Assembly (NCBI GenBank): GCA_024137785.1
Contig: JAHRHZ010000098.1
Span: 24,183,434-24,247,433, forward strand
Direction of reading: 5' to 3'
DNA length: 64,000 nucleotides
DNA from: Ginglymostoma cirratum
Taxonomy: Eukaryota
Shown: one piece after another, positions 63,005-64,000 of the stretch
Numbering within the stretch: the stretch's first letter is position 1
Layout of the letters: each line of letters opens with the position of its first letter
Notes under the pieces: generated by a model
Database searches by the model: none
What the model saw: the letters and a program-made list of their open reading frames with translations, nothing else
What the model was told of the DNA's origin: nothing
Program-made: the position numbers and the translations under genes

Positions 63005-64000
63005 TTCAACTTTAATGCAGTAAAACGTTTCAAGCTCTTCACAGGAACATTATTAAAAAAAATTGATTTTGATCCACATTAGGTGATACTGAGGCATATA
63101 ACCAAAGTTTGGTCAAAGAGATAGTTTTAAAGTAATGTCTTAAAGAATAAAAATGAGGAAGTGAAGAGGTTCAGGGAGTGAATCTCAGAACTTAGGGCTT
63201 TGACAGATGAAAGCAGAACTACCAGTGGTGGGCTAATTAAAGCTAGGGAAACTCAAGAGGTCAGAATTACAGAAAAGCAGAAACTGAAGGAGATTAAGAA
63301 ACAGAGAATAATCTGAAAACCACATGGGAATTTTAAACTTGAGATATTACTTATGTAATTCAATGTAAGTCAGCAAGCTCAATGGGGCAATGGATGAATG
63401 AGACTTGATACAAGTCAAGAAATGGTCAGCAAAGATTTGAATGACCTCTAGTTTCCAGATGACAGAATATGGAAGGTTGGCCAGGAGTGCATTAAAATAG
63501 TCACACCTAGATTTATCTAAGTTGTAAATGAGGATTTCAGCAGCAGCTGAGATTGATCAGAAACAAACAACATTACAGAACTGGACATAGGTAGTCTTAG
63601 GGATATTACAGATGAGTAGTTATCTCAGGGTAAAGTTTGACACCAAGATTGCAGACAATCTGGTTCAGCCTCAGCCAGTTGCTACGGAAAGGATTAGAGT
63701 TTCTGGCTAAGGAATTAAATTTGTGTTGTGTCTACAGAAGTGACATTAGTTTTCTCAATATATAGTTGTTGGAAATTTCTGATGCTCCAGCAGTGGATGG
63801 CAATCAAGCAATTGGACAATTTAGAGAGAGTTGGCAGTGAGGTTGAGCTGGCACATGTTTGGAAACTGAAGCAGTGTTTTTGGATACAATTGCTAGAAGA
63901 CAGTAAGTATTTGAAAAATAGGAAGGGACTACGGTTAAATCCTTGAGGGGCACCAGAGCTAACTGTGAGGGAGGAGAAAGGAGAAGAGTTTCTCGGTGAT
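63005..64000 (-). mobile_element. L2-like LINE 3' part, running off the window
   Basis: L2-type tail (reverse complement of TTTAATGCAGTAAAACGTTTCAAGCTCTTCACAGG) followed by purine-rich degenerate ORF2 sequence. Confidence 0.6.

Overview
Repeat-rich vertebrate genomic DNA, very likely from a cartilaginous fish (shark). The repeat set supports this: an HE1-like V-SINE, Deu-domain SINEs, CR1 LINEs with an SGNH-esterase ORF1, L2, Rex1/Babar, Neptune-type Penelope-like elements (PLEs), Gypsy relics and Harbinger relics. I see no intact host protein-coding gene; nearly all long ORFs are transposon-derived, and the window looks intronic or intergenic. The most notable signals are: (1) about a dozen copies of a PLE terminal module that carries a minimal hammerhead-ribozyme motif with covarying stem II, several present as 90-210 bp stand-alone or fold-back insertions with their own target-site duplications (TSDs); (2) a ~1 kb decayed, non-TE-looking coiled-coil reading frame (20525-21545, minus) with a weak, memory-based resemblance to RB1CC1/FIP200; (3) an unexplained 53-bp inverted repeat pair 1.5 kb apart; (4) a three-layer nest of Gypsy > CR1 > Penelope; (5) an intron-containing Harbinger Myb/SANT gene relic. 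Family names come from motif recognition, not database searches, and boundaries of old elements are approximate.
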